48,646 nucleotides of DNA from an uncultured Spirochaetales bacterium. GTDB lineage: Bacteria > Spirochaetota > Spirochaetia > CAZWAS01. Below are positions 1-9,863 of this stretch, piece after piece. Each line of letters starts with the position of its first letter. Position 1 is the first letter of the stretch. The notes below the pieces were generated by a model. The model saw only the letters and a program-made list of their open reading frames with translations, was not told the origin of the DNA and searched no databases. The position numbers and the translations under genes were made by a program. Location: contig CAZWAS010000008.1 in NCBI GenBank assembly GCA_964631915.1, forward strand, positions 6,854-55,499, written 5' to 3'.

Positions 1-1201
1 CCAGATTCGCATTGATGAAGGCAAACAACCTCTCCTCGTCCCCTGCTTCGAGCTTCCGATACGTAGGCGACATCTTATTGTTTATCGCTGCGAACAGCCT
101 CGCCTTCTTCGACGCTTCGTCCATGAATTTGAGGAAATCGATCCGTTCGGTCTTTGTCGTTGAAGTGATCTGATCGAAATATTCGACCTCGTATATCAGA
201 GATTTTTCGTTCTTCTGAAATACTTTCAGGAGCCATTCCTTGAACCGTTCGCCGAACGTGAGCTTTCTGGTGGCGAGCACTATGCTGTTGTCCTGCAGTT
301 TTCTTATCGCGTCTTCGATCTGTGCGCCGCTCGAAGCCATGAGTTTCGCGGCTTCGAGAAGCATTTGTTTGAATAAAAGCTCGTTGTTCGCCTTTTTGGT
401 CTTTTTCTCTTCCACTGCAAGTTTTTTCAGGAGAGCCGCTCTGAGATTGGCAGAATCGGGTGAATAATCCTCTTCTATGATTTCCTGAATGAGCTCGCCG
501 TAAAACGGTTTGTTCGTGATGACGCTGGAAAACTGGCGTTTTATCTGCTTCATCGCCTCGTCCCGTTTGTTCGTCACGAACTTTTCATCGAGATTGAGGG
601 GCTTTAAAACCCTGTACCGCATCTCATATTTGTAGTATTCTCTGTGGTAATCTGTCAGATGTTTCAAAATAGACAGACATTGTTTCATCGCTTTCTCGAG
701 CTGGGTGAGCGAATCGTTGATGATTCCTGTGGAAAGGCTGTCGTTACCCTGACGCACCTTATTGACGATTTCCGCAAAGGTTCTCGTATTGATATCCGAA
801 GCGGTTTCCGTGACCTGTCCCCAGGTAATGTACTTCGTAAGCCCGACAAGACGCTTGATGCGCTCGAGGTTGAGAAAATCCACGCTGAATTGATAATAAT
901 TCCACAAGAATTCGAGCTGCGATTCATAGGAAGAAAGGCGCATGCTCATCTGATCCATCTTTTCTGACTCCATGAAGGGTCCCGATGGAGGAGCCTCGAC
1001 CTCCGATATCTTGTATTCATGTTTGTACGGATCCTCTATGAGCAGGGCTTTACGCTGCAGAATGTTATAAATCGTCTTGAATGCTGTGTGGAATAATCGG
1101 TACAACTCTTTCAGTTGAACAAGTTCTTTTTTTTCCAGGAGTTCCCGCTGTTTTTCGAGAGCGTGCTCCAATTGATCTTGAAAATCAGAACCGACTTCCA
1201 T
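1..1201 (-). CDS. hypothetical protein, N-terminal ~400 codons only (ORF runs off left window edge)
   Basis: Absent from the supplied track because it has no stop inside the window. My reverse-complement read from the ATG at 1199-1201 (MEVGSDFQDQLEHALEKQRELLEKKELVQLKELYRLF...) stays open to position 1. No catalytic motif recognised. Confidence 0.6.
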   Translation of the reverse strand, partial: MEVGSDFQDQLEHALEKQRELLEKKELVQLKELYRLFHTAFKTIYNILQRKALLIEDPYKHEYKISEVEAPPSGPFMESEKMDQMSMRLSSYESQLEFLWNYYQFSVDFLNLERIKRLVGLTKYITWGQVTETASDINTRTFAEIVNKVRQGNDSLSTGIINDSLTQLEKAMKQCLSILKHLTDYHREYYKYEMRYRVLKPLNLDEKFVTNKRDEAMKQIKRQFSSVITNKPFYGELIQEIIEEDYSPDSANLRAALLKKLAVEEKKTKKANNELLFKQMLLEAAKLMASSGAQIEDAIRKLQDNSIVLATRKLTFGERFKEWLLKVFQKNEKSLIYEVEYFDQITSTTKTERIDFLKFMDEASKKARLFAAINNKMSPTYRKLEAGDEERLFAFINANL

Positions 1202-1256
1202 AGTGCACCTATTATCTGATAAAATTGAGAATCTGGCAATTACTAATAGGGCTTTT

Positions 1257-1796
1257 ATGGGCGATCCGAAGCAGTTCGTCAAGGAAAAATTGATTATCGG
1301 AGTACTCATATTCGACAGGAATCGCTTCGAGGAACTGAATTCGAGGCTCTCACAGGAGTTCGGACCAGTGGATTATACAAGCCCTTTTCAGGAATTCACT
1401 TACACGGACTATTATGCCGAAGAAATGGGAACCCCTCTGTACCGCTGTTTTCTTTCATTCAAAAAACTCGTATCACCGGATGTGTTCGCAGATATCAAAC
1501 TCCTGACAAACCGTATCGAAGACGAATTTCGAAATCGGGGAAACAGGACCGTCAACCTCGATCCCGGCCTTCTCGCACTGAGCCGTTTTTCCCTCGCCAC
1601 GACCAAGGACAACGCCCACCGAATTCCGCTTTTTAAAGGGATTTACGCGGAAATCACCTTGCTCTATTCGAACAAGGCATTCCATCCGCTTCCCTGGACA
1701 TACCCTGATTACAGAAGCGAATCCTACACTGCAGTGCTCTGCGAGATCCGGGAACTCTACCGCAAGCAGCTCAAAGTCATGGACCAAAACGCCTGA
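1257..1796 (+). CDS. DUF4416 family protein
   Basis: Track ORF 1203-1796. The sequence (MGDPKQFVKEKLIIGVLIF...NLDPGLLALSRFSLATTKD) resembles DUF4416. The internal ATG at 1257 is preferred over the GTG at 1203. Confidence 0.7.
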   Translation: MGDPKQFVKEKLIIGVLIFDRNRFEELNSRLSQEFGPVDYTSPFQEFTYTDYYAEEMGTPLYRCFLSFKKLVSPDVFADIKLLTNRIEDEFRNRGNRTVNLDPGLLALSRFSLATTKDNAHRIPLFKGIYAEITLLYSNKAFHPLPWTYPDYRSESYTAVLCEIRELYRKQLKVMDQNA

Positions 1797-1830
1797 AGCG
1801 CTGCTGCATAACCGTCCGTACCATTCTAGT

Positions 1831-2577
1831 ATGAAGAGATTCGCCGCTGCCTTTATCGCATTCGTATTCACAGGTTGCTTCTTAGCGGAAAAATCCATGA
1901 ATGTAACGCTGAACCTACCGGAAACCCCTGCTTTGTGGGCCGAATCTTTCCCTGCTCTTGGGTACGAAGTCCGGTTCATAGGTATAGGAGGTTCCGAGGA
2001 AACAGTATTCGTTCCTCCTGGAAAACGCGAAATTCGTGTGAGTTGTCGCACAGGATACAATGCTCCCTTCCTCGCATTTCCGGAATACCTCGGAAAAACC
2101 GTAGATCTGGTTCCTGCAGGGGGATTGTTTCCTCACTCGCTCGACAATGACGGTTGCCTTGTGTTGCAGTGGGACGCCGGATTCGCTGCTTCCGTGCTCT
2201 TTTCTCTGGCTCGCAACGGATGCATCATAGAAACATTGAACGGCGAACGCCTACTCAGTGAGATCGGATCCAGAGCTAACGGCAATCCTTGGAACCTGGA
2301 CGGGGAACTGCTTACGGAGCATCTTGCAAACATGAAAATGCGGGCGGATTATCTGAAGCCGCTTCCGCGGTTTCAGGTGAGCGTGACAGCGGACTGCGGA
2401 AGCTGGGTCCCTGCCAACTGTTTTATGGAACCGAAGACGACAGAAACCGACGGCCTCATTGTTTTCGAAAAGCTGGCGACAGGGCGTCACACATTCTTTC
2501 TAAAAGGGGGAAGAAAACGGCTCAGCATAGATGTATCGCGAACGGGCGAAGTACATTTCAGCCTGAGAGATTGGTGA
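1831..2577 (+). CDS. putative lipoprotein, unknown function
   Basis: N-terminus MKRFAAAFIAFVFTGC carries a signal peptide with a lipobox (FTGC). 248-aa ORF. Confidence 0.65.
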   Translation: MKRFAAAFIAFVFTGCFLAEKSMNVTLNLPETPALWAESFPALGYEVRFIGIGGSEETVFVPPGKREIRVSCRTGYNAPFLAFPEYLGKTVDLVPAGGLFPHSLDNDGCLVLQWDAGFAASVLFSLARNGCIIETLNGERLLSEIGSRANGNPWNLDGELLTEHLANMKMRADYLKPLPRFQVSVTADCGSWVPANCFMEPKTTETDGLIVFEKLATGRHTFFLKGGRKRLSIDVSRTGEVHFSLRDW

Positions 2578-2674
2578 GCGGTCGGCGTAGATCGCGACAC
2601 TGTAGGATTCGATTGCTTCCGGCGGGCGATTTCCAACCCTGCAGCCTCTCCCATGCAGCATCAGGGCCGGCATC

Positions 2675-3799
2675 TCAGCAAATGATGAACCGCGAATGCG
2701 TCAATTGCCTTGCTCCTTGTTCGGAAATGAGAAAGTCGTTTTCAAGCCGCACTCCTCCTGCCTCTGGGTGGTAGAGGCCGGGCTCTATGGCCACAATCAT
2801 GCCCGGAAGAAGTACGGTATCGCTGTCTTCTCTATTCCTGAATATGGGTTGTTCATGCGCATCGAGGCCTATGCCGTGGCCAAGCGCATGGGGCATGAAA
2901 TATCCCTCTGCATCGAAATAATCGTCGATCGCCTTCGCTATCGCGAAACTCGATTCCCCTGGTTTCAGCAGTGAAACAGCGAGATCGTAGGCTCCCTGAA
3001 CCAGGTGCATCATGTACCTGCTTCGATCGGAGAGGGCCCCGCTCGCAATGGTCATCGTAACATCACTGGTATACCCTTCGACTTTGACCCCGAAATCCAG
3101 AATCGAGCACCCTTCGGTACCGAATTCGCTGTTCGTAAATGCGGGAAACGCATGTATGCCTGAGCTCCTTCTGGGGCCCGCTGCAATCGTCTCGAACCCC
3201 GTGCCTTCGGCCCCCAGTTCTCTACACACCTTTTCGATATGCATGGCGACCTCCAGTTCGGTAGCAAAGGCTCCGTTCCTGTACAGCCGCTCGACATCGT
3301 CTATGATCGCATCCGTTACGGCACAGGCTTTCACTATATGCTCCGTTTCCTGCTTATCCTTCACGGTTTTTTCCCGTTCCGCGAAGGCTTCGAAGCCGTT
3401 CCGCCTGCATACGATCCCCATACCCGGCAAAGCCTCCTCGACCTGCCCGTACAGGAGATAGGGTGTCCTGGAAGAAAGTTCTATCTTCGCTCCTCGGCCG
3501 AGCCCTTCCCGCTCGCAGACCCCTTTCAGTGCTTCGGTGAAAAGCCGCCTGAAATCCGTGTATGGGATAATCTCGTCCGCAGCAGCGCACGATTCAGCCA
3601 GAATCACATCCCATGGCACCAATATCACTTTTCCTGCACTGAAAACGAAAAGGATCGCGTCCATAGGATGCCCTGAGAAGTAGCGCACCAGGGAGCTCCT
3701 CCTCCCTTCGGTGTCCTCTATGACAGCGAGATCTATGCCTTCCGCTCGGAGATACCCCGCGAGTTTTTTCTGCCTTTCCCTGAATGTTTCACTGCGCAA
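2675..3799 (-). CDS. M24 family Xaa-Pro aminopeptidase/dipeptidase
   Basis: 374 aa. C-terminal pita-bread metal-ligand region ([27 protein letters not shown]). Its start overlaps the leuS stop by 11 nt. Confidence 0.85.
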   Translation of the reverse strand: MRSETFRERQKKLAGYLRAEGIDLAVIEDTEGRRSSLVRYFSGHPMDAILFVFSAGKVILVPWDVILAESCAAADEIIPYTDFRRLFTEALKGVCEREGLGRGAKIELSSRTPYLLYGQVEEALPGMGIVCRRNGFEAFAEREKTVKDKQETEHIVKACAVTDAIIDDVERLYRNGAFATELEVAMHIEKVCRELGAEGTGFETIAAGPRRSSGIHAFPAFTNSEFGTEGCSILDFGVKVEGYTSDVTMTIASGALSDRSRYMMHLVQGAYDLAVSLLKPGESSFAIAKAIDDYFDAEGYFMPHALGHGIGLDAHEQPIFRNREDSDTVLLPGMIVAIEPGLYHPEAGGVRLENDFLISEQGARQLTHSRFIIC

Positions 3800-6206
3800 C
3801 GATATTCACCAGTTTATCCGGAACAGCGATGACTTTTCGAACGGTCTTGCCTTTTATAAGCTCTTTGATCCTCGGTTCTTCCAAGGCTTTCTCTTCCATG
3901 GTCTTCGCATCCGATCTGGCTGGAAGTTCCACCTTTCCTCTGAGCTTTCCGTTTACCTGAATCACCACAGTGACCACCGCCTCCTGGGTGAGCTCCTCGT
4001 TCCATACAGGCCACGCCGCCTTGGAGACCGACTCCGTTTTCCCGAGCCGCTGCCAGAGCTCTTCCGCAAGATGAGGCGCATAGGGTGAGATGAGGAGGAT
4101 AAAGGTTTCCCATACGGATGCGTAAAGATTCGCTTCTTTATACAGTTCGTTCACGCAGATCATCATCTGCGCTATCGCCGTATTGAACTCGAGCTTGGCA
4201 GTGTTCTGACTCACCTTTTTGATGGTTTTATGGAGCACCTTGAGGATGTATTCCGGAGGGGTTTCTCTGACGAGGGGCTTTTCCTGAAGCCTCCACACCC
4301 TGTCAAGGAAACGATGCACGCCCGCAATGCCCGTGGTGGACCATGGTTTCGACACCTCGAGGGGGCCCATAAACATCTCGTACATGCGCATGGAATCGGC
4401 ACCGAACTCTTCGACTATATCGTCAGGATTTATCACGTTGCCCAAGGATTTCGACATCTTCACCCCGCCCTCGCCGAGAATCATGCCCTGGTTCACGAGA
4501 CGCATGAACGGTTCATCTGTGTTCACCAGGCCGAGGTCGAACAACACTTTGTGCCAGAACCGCGCATAGAGGAGGTGGAGCACTGCGTGTTCCGCTCCGC
4601 CAACATAGAGGTCCACGGGCATCCAATAATCCACCTTATCTTTCGCAGCAAACTCTTTCGGGTTTTTGGGGTCTACGTATCGAATAAAATACCAACAGGA
4701 ACCTGCCCACTGCGGCATGGTGTTCGTTTCCCGTTTCCCCGGCCCTCCGCACACCGGACAGGCCGTGTTGACCCACTCTTCGATCGCAGCAAGCGGAGAC
4801 TCGCCTGTGCCTGTGGGAGTGTAGCTCTCCACCTCAGGGAGCGTGAGGGGAAGCTCATCGTAGGGAACAGGAACTATGCCGCATGCCGGACAGTGTACGA
4901 GAGGAATCGGCTCTCCCCAGTAACGCTGCCGCGAGAATATCCAGTCTCTGAGTTTGTAATTCACCGCTTTTCTTCCTACGCCCTGGGACTCGAGCCACTC
5001 GGTTATAGCTTTCTTGAACTCCACGGTCTTCATGCCGGAAAAGCGGCCAGAGTTAACTGCAATGCCTTCGTCGGTGAACGCCTCCGCCAATTCGTACAGC
5101 GAACCGTCTTTCGAAACAACCTGAATGATCGGAAGTCCGAATTTCTTAGCGAATTCCCAGTCGCGCTCGTCGTGGGCAGGGACAGCCATGATTGCCCCTG
5201 TTCCGTAGGAAATGAGAATGTAATCCGATATCCAGATCGGTATCCGTTCGTTGTTCACGGGATTCACCGCATACGCTCCTGTGAATACTCCTGTTTTGTC
5301 TTTTGCAAGATCGGTTCTTTCGAGGTCGGATTTGAGCGCTGCCTGGCGTATGTATTCATCCACTGCTTTTTTTTGGGAGGGGGTGGTTATCGTTTCCACC
5401 AAAGGATGTTCGGGAGCAAGCACCATGTACGTGGCCCCAAAGAGCGTGTCCGGTCTGGTTGTATAAATTTCTAGCACACCTTTCCCGTCCTCAAGGCGGA
5501 ATGCAACGTTCGCTCCTTCGCTCTTCCCGATCCAATTCCGCTGCATGAGTTTTATCGATTCCGACCAGTCGAGTTTATCCAGATCCGCGAGCAGCCGTTC
5601 GGCATACGAGGTTATCTTGAGCATCCATTGGCGTATGTTTCGCCTCGTGACCTGCGTATTGCACCTGTCGCAGGCTCCATCCTTCACTTCTTCGTTCGCA
5701 AGCCCCGTCTTACAGGAAGGACACCAATTGATAGGCACTTCCGCCTCGTAGGCGAGCCCCCGTTCATAGAGTTTCAGAAAAATCCATTGGGTCCATTTAT
5801 AATAATCCGGCGTGTGCGTAGATATTTCCCTATCCCAATCGTACGAAAACCCGAGCGATTTTATCTGTTTTCTGAACCTACCGATATTGTCTTCTGTGGA
5901 AATACGCGGGTGCGTTCCTGTTTTTATCGCGTAATTCTCCGCAGGAAGCCCGAAAGAATCGAACCCCATGGGATGCAGCACCGCATAGCCGTTCATGCGG
6001 AGGTACCGGCAATAGATATCCGTTGCAGTATACCCTTCCGGATGCCCCACATGGAGCCCCGCAGAAGACGGATAGGGGAACATATCCAACACATAGCGGC
6101 GTTTTTCCTTGGGAATAGAAGGATTTTCCGTCACTTTGAACGTCTTGTTCTTTTCCCAGTATATCTGCCATTTTTGTTCTATTTCGGTAAAAGGGTATTT
6201 GCTCAT
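3789..6206 (-). CDS. leuS: leucine--tRNA ligase
   Basis: 805 aa. Class I HIGH motif (HVGHPEGY), KMSKS (VKMSKSLGN) and a typical LeuRS N-terminus ([18 protein letters not shown]). Confidence 0.97.
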   Translation of the reverse strand: MSKYPFTEIEQKWQIYWEKNKTFKVTENPSIPKEKRRYVLDMFPYPSSAGLHVGHPEGYTATDIYCRYLRMNGYAVLHPMGFDSFGLPAENYAIKTGTHPRISTEDNIGRFRKQIKSLGFSYDWDREISTHTPDYYKWTQWIFLKLYERGLAYEAEVPINWCPSCKTGLANEEVKDGACDRCNTQVTRRNIRQWMLKITSYAERLLADLDKLDWSESIKLMQRNWIGKSEGANVAFRLEDGKGVLEIYTTRPDTLFGATYMVLAPEHPLVETITTPSQKKAVDEYIRQAALKSDLERTDLAKDKTGVFTGAYAVNPVNNERIPIWISDYILISYGTGAIMAVPAHDERDWEFAKKFGLPIIQVVSKDGSLYELAEAFTDEGIAVNSGRFSGMKTVEFKKAITEWLESQGVGRKAVNYKLRDWIFSRQRYWGEPIPLVHCPACGIVPVPYDELPLTLPEVESYTPTGTGESPLAAIEEWVNTACPVCGGPGKRETNTMPQWAGSCWYFIRYVDPKNPKEFAAKDKVDYWMPVDLYVGGAEHAVLHLLYARFWHKVLFDLGLVNTDEPFMRLVNQGMILGEGGVKMSKSLGNVINPDDIVEEFGADSMRMYEMFMGPLEVSKPWSTTGIAGVHRFLDRVWRLQEKPLVRETPPEYILKVLHKTIKKVSQNTAKLEFNTAIAQMMICVNELYKEANLYASVWETFILLISPYAPHLAEELWQRLGKTESVSKAAWPVWNEELTQEAVVTVVIQVNGKLRGKVELPARSDAKTMEEKALEEPRIKELIKGKTVRKVIAVPDKLVNIVAQ

Positions 6207-6256
6207 AATGGGGCAATGATACTGAGATAGAATTGCAAGGTCAATCGTACCCGAGG

Positions 6257-6278
6257 TGTGTTATAATTGTGTTATAAT
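6257..6278 (+). promoter_or_regulatory. perfect tandem duplication of an extended -10 element (TGTGTTATAAT x2)
   Basis: tgtgttataat occurs at 6257-6267 and again at 6268-6278. Each copy contains TGnTATAAT. They lie about 25-45 nt upstream of the response-regulator ATG at 6304. Confidence 0.45.
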
Positions 6279-6303
6279 ATGGAAAAATATATATGGAGAA
6301 CAG

Positions 6304-6774
6304 ATGAATACCGACAATGAAGATTCAGGGCGATCGGAATCGGAAACCAATACCGACTCCTCCCGGACATCTGCACCCCATTACACGATTCTCCTCGCGG
6401 AAGACAACCTGGCCAATCAAGGGCTTCTCAAGCTTTTCCTGCAGAGATCCGGCCACACCGTGATCACTGCCAATAACGGCAAGGAGGTTCTCGATCTTTT
6501 CGGGAAAACCCGATACGATGTGATTCTCATGGATGTGGAGATGCCTGTCATAAACGGCATGGAAACAGCGAAGATCATCAGGGCGAAAGAAAAAGCTTCT
6601 CTCGCAAAACCTGTTCCCATCATAGCACTCACCGCCCACGCCATGAAAGGCGATAAAGAACGTTTTATAGCCACTGGCATGAACGACTATGTATCCAAAC
6701 CCATAGATTTAGACCGCCTCGTGCGCCTCATCGATTCTTTTCTACATCATCAGCCAAAGGAGAACCCTCAATGA
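6304..6774 (+). CDS. single-domain response regulator (CheY-like receiver)
   Basis: ILLAEDNLANQ...DVILMDVEMPVINGME...ALTAHAMKGD matches the REC domain pattern. ATG 6304 has a GGAGAA Shine-Dalgarno sequence. An ATGA overlap joins it to the next gene. Confidence 0.85.
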   Translation: MNTDNEDSGRSESETNTDSSRTSAPHYTILLAEDNLANQGLLKLFLQRSGHTVITANNGKEVLDLFGKTRYDVILMDVEMPVINGMETAKIIRAKEKASLAKPVPIIALTAHAMKGDKERFIATGMNDYVSKPIDLDRLVRLIDSFLHHQPKENPQ

Positions 6775-7910
6775 CTATGAATGTCGCATTTCATTCTTGG
6801 AACAAGCCAGACAAAGCGCTGCAGCACGCAGCGCTCGTTGCCATGAAAGACGTACTGAAAACCGCTGTCGGGGAAAAAGTGCTCATCATTACGAATCCTG
6901 AACAGGAAGTGTTTTCCATTTCGGAGGCGCTTTACGATGCGGCTTGTTCGCTGGAGGCGAAACCAGTACTCGTATGCCAAGGACCGAAGAGCCAGGTCGA
7001 TTTCGCAGAAGAGGCGGTTATCGCATCGCTTTCTTGCAATCCAGATGTCGTCATTTCCATGAGCAAGGAAAAGATGGGAAAAGACAAACAAGGAATAGCC
7101 AAACCGTATTCGATCAACGGAAAAACCTACGATCACATATTTCGTTTTCAGCTGTTCGGGAAAAAAACGTGTCGTTCCTTCTGGTCGCCCAACGTAAACA
7201 GAAGCATATTCAGCAAGACGGTACCCATAGATTACACAAGACTGAAAAAAGAATGTGCCGTGGTGAAAGATAGGCTCGACCGCGCACATTTCGTGCGCGT
7301 AACGAATCCGAACGGCACGGACATACGGCTCAGCATTAAAGGGAGAATTTCACATAAGGACGACGGGGATTTTTCGATGCCCGGAACAGGGGGCAACTTG
7401 CCTGCAGGCGAAGTGTTTGTATCTCCCGTGGTAGGGAGCGCCGAAGGCACAATCGTATTCGACGGCAGCATCAATGCCCATATAGGGGACATAATCATCC
7501 GGCAACCCATTGTAGTGCAGGTCGAACAGGGTTTTGTTACGGATATCTCGGGCGGGGAGGAAGCGGATAAACTCAAAGAGAGCATAGCGCTCGGCGAAGA
7601 AAGTGCGAAGGCTTTCGCTGCACAGGGCAAATTCTCTGCGGAACAGGCTGCCTTATATGCGAAGCACACAAAAAACATAGGAGAGCTGGGGATCGGCCTC
7701 AATCCGAACGCGGACATAATCGGTAACATGCTTCAGGATGAGAAGGCATACAAAACCTGCCATATGGCGATAGGGTCGAACTACGATGAAGACGCTCCTT
7801 CGCTCATCCATCTCGACGGGCTTATCACCTATCCGACCATAACGCTCGCGAATGAGGACGGCTCGGAATCCGTCCTGCTGGAGAACGGAAATCTTGTGGA
7901 TCGTGTCTGA
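6771..7910 (+). CDS. M29 family aminopeptidase (AmpS/PepS-like)
   Basis: 379 aa. GTGGNLPAGEVFVSP and HMAIGSNY regions are typical of thermophilic metalloprotease M29. Confidence 0.8.
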   Translation: MTMNVAFHSWNKPDKALQHAALVAMKDVLKTAVGEKVLIITNPEQEVFSISEALYDAACSLEAKPVLVCQGPKSQVDFAEEAVIASLSCNPDVVISMSKEKMGKDKQGIAKPYSINGKTYDHIFRFQLFGKKTCRSFWSPNVNRSIFSKTVPIDYTRLKKECAVVKDRLDRAHFVRVTNPNGTDIRLSIKGRISHKDDGDFSMPGTGGNLPAGEVFVSPVVGSAEGTIVFDGSINAHIGDIIIRQPIVVQVEQGFVTDISGGEEADKLKESIALGEESAKAFAAQGKFSAEQAALYAKHTKNIGELGIGLNPNADIIGNMLQDEKAYKTCHMAIGSNYDEDAPSLIHLDGLITYPTITLANEDGSESVLLENGNLVDRV

Positions 7911-7920
7911 TATGAATGAC

Positions 7921-8502
7921 GGGCACTGGATAAAGCCTCGCTCCCATCGGCAACCGTGCCGTTTTCTAGGAAAGGGCAGCTTCCTTTTGAGGTCAATCTG
8001 ATCCCTTCCAGCTATGCGGATGATTCTTCCCTGCTTCATGGATTCATACCTCGGATCGCAAGTCATTTCGGTAGGGTCCAACGTGGGCATGGTTATGCTC
8101 AGCACCGACTGAACTAACAAATCTTCCCGCAGCGTCGAGCCTGACATCGGCATAGCTTTCCGCAGACGCTCCGTCGATGGATACCCACAAAAAGTCAAGC
8201 TCTGCTTCGATCAAACCTTTCGAGATTTCCTTTGAGAGAAGAGTGCCGTTCGTGATCAGCTGAGCGGAAGTTCCCTGTTTTTTCGCCCCCCATACCATCT
8301 CCAGGATGTTCGAGTGGAAAAGAGGTTCCCCGAATCCGCCTAAAAAAACGGTGGGCCTTGGCGAGAAGGCCGAAAATCCCTCCATAATCCGACTAAAGAC
8401 TGCATCAGACATCATTCCGGGCTGTTCATCCCAGCCGTGACGGATGCAGGTACGGCAGTTGAGATTGCACTGGTTGGTCGGTTCTATGTATAACTTTCTT
8501 CC
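7921..8502 (-). pseudogene. decayed radical SAM/SPASM-type maturase relic (no start codon, frameshift, internal deletion)
   Basis: The reverse strand reads GRKLYIEPTNQCNLNCRTCIRHGW...FLGGFGEPLFH...LITNGTLL...LWVSIDGA (CX3CX2C cluster). It begins immediately after, and in frame with, the TAA of the upstream gene, with no ATG/GTG/TTG. The frame breaks near 8150. A second frame ends ...HGCRWERGFIQCP at 7921. The total of about 190 codons is too short for this family. Confidence 0.5.
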
Positions 8503-9768
8503 TTAGTTTATGGGTGGAAGCTCCTGCGGCTCAAGCGGTTTCTGAAAGAGCACCGACCCGATCTGCCTGTTCGCAACGGATTCAATGCGCAGAGAACCAA
8601 AAGGAAGATCAAGCGTCTCGTTCTGGTGCGGAAATCTTCCCAGAAACGCGATGACGCACCCGCCGAACGTGCTGATTTTGTTGCTGAAGGGCAGGTTCAG
8701 TTTGAGCGTTTCGTTCACGAGGTGAACGGGTGCATCCCCTTCTATGCGATACAGCCCCTTTCCGAGATTGACAATCTTTTCGCGGCCCCTGTCCTCGTCC
8801 TCGTCGTAGATTTCGCCGAGTATTTCTTCAATGACATCTTCGAGGCTCACGATGCCCGCCAATCCTCCGTATTCATCGAGTACTACTGCGAGCTTCAGCT
8901 TTTCCTTCTTGAACTGGCTGAACATAAGGTTCACTTTTTTTGTTCCCGGCACGAAAAGCGGTTTTACCATAAGCTCCTTCAGTTTGATCGCCACATCCCC
9001 TTCCGAGACGTGTTTCATAACGTCTTTGGCCAACACTATTCCCACTATGTCTTCCGGGTTCTCATCGTACACGGGTATTCTCGAATACCCTTCCTCGTTT
9101 ATCCTCGGCACAGCTTCGCCTAGTGTCAAATCTTTCGGCAAGCTGAATATCCTCGTCCTGTGCGTCATGATGGACTGAACGGTAACATCGCCCATCCTGA
9201 ACACGTTCTTTACCATCTGGTTCTCGTACTTTTCAACAACCCCTATGTTCTCAGCAAGTTTCACCATTTGGAGAATTCCTTCGAGGGTGATGTTTTTCTT
9301 TTTGCCGCTGCCGAATATTTTCGTGAACAAAAGACTGACAAAACTGACAAGAAACACGATCGGTCTGAAAACTATGCAGAGCACGGAAATGACCCGCACC
9401 GAATGCAGGCAGATAAACTCGTTGTGCGCTATTGCTATACGCTTCGGTGTCACCTCGCCAAATATCAGGATGACCAGAGTCATGATGCCCGTAGTTATAC
9501 CGACTGCCGCGGAACCGAACAGGCGGATGGTGAGTTCGGTTGCGAGAGCGGATGCTCCGATATTCACGATATTATTGCCTATGAGGATAGTCGTTATCAA
9601 CGTATCGAGTTTGTTCGAAAGCTTCTGGATCAGTTTTCCTCGTGCCCCTTTTTTATGGGAAAGGCTCTGTACCTGCATGAGCGACAGAGACGTGAATGCC
9701 GTCTCGACGGCCGAGAAAAACGCGGAACAACAGATGAAAAATGCAAGAAAGAGTATTTCAATTAACAT
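8503..9768 (-). CDS. CNNM/TlyC-type hemolysin-family protein (DUF21 + CBS pair + CorC_HlyC)
   Basis: 421 aa. N-terminal TM region followed by CBS-pair-like and C-terminal transporter-associated regions typical of the family. Confidence 0.88.
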   Translation of the reverse strand: MLIEILFLAFFICCSAFFSAVETAFTSLSLMQVQSLSHKKGARGKLIQKLSNKLDTLITTILIGNNIVNIGASALATELTIRLFGSAAVGITTGIMTLVILIFGEVTPKRIAIAHNEFICLHSVRVISVLCIVFRPIVFLVSFVSLLFTKIFGSGKKKNITLEGILQMVKLAENIGVVEKYENQMVKNVFRMGDVTVQSIMTHRTRIFSLPKDLTLGEAVPRINEEGYSRIPVYDENPEDIVGIVLAKDVMKHVSEGDVAIKLKELMVKPLFVPGTKKVNLMFSQFKKEKLKLAVVLDEYGGLAGIVSLEDVIEEILGEIYDEDEDRGREKIVNLGKGLYRIEGDAPVHLVNETLKLNLPFSNKISTFGGCVIAFLGRFPHQNETLDLPFGSLRIESVANRQIGSVLFQKPLEPQELPPIN

Positions 9769-9863
9769 GTTTCATGCATACTACCACGGCTCCGCCGCAT
9801 GCGCAATATAACACCGCACCGAAGCTCTGTTGATTCGCAGCAAGCTTACCTATAAAATAAATT

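Noticed and set aside
4230-5474. 414-aa plus-strand ORF.
   Set aside because: Antisense and codon-aligned to leuS. The composition (rich in R, H, F, V) is typical of reverse-frame translation.
7653-8198. 181-aa minus-strand ORF.
   Set aside because: Only its 7921-8150 portion looks like real (relic) radical SAM/SPASM coding. The remainder runs antisense through the intact M29 aminopeptidase 3' end and is spurious.
9767-9811. 14-codon mini-ORF (MFHAYYHGSAACAI) about 50 nt upstream of the B12-radical SAM gene, considered as a possible RiPP precursor.
   Set aside because: It has no Shine-Dalgarno sequence. Its ATG overlaps the start codon of the divergent CNNM gene. It is too short and unsupported, and it has no leader-like region. 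It is worth a look only if conserved in relatives.
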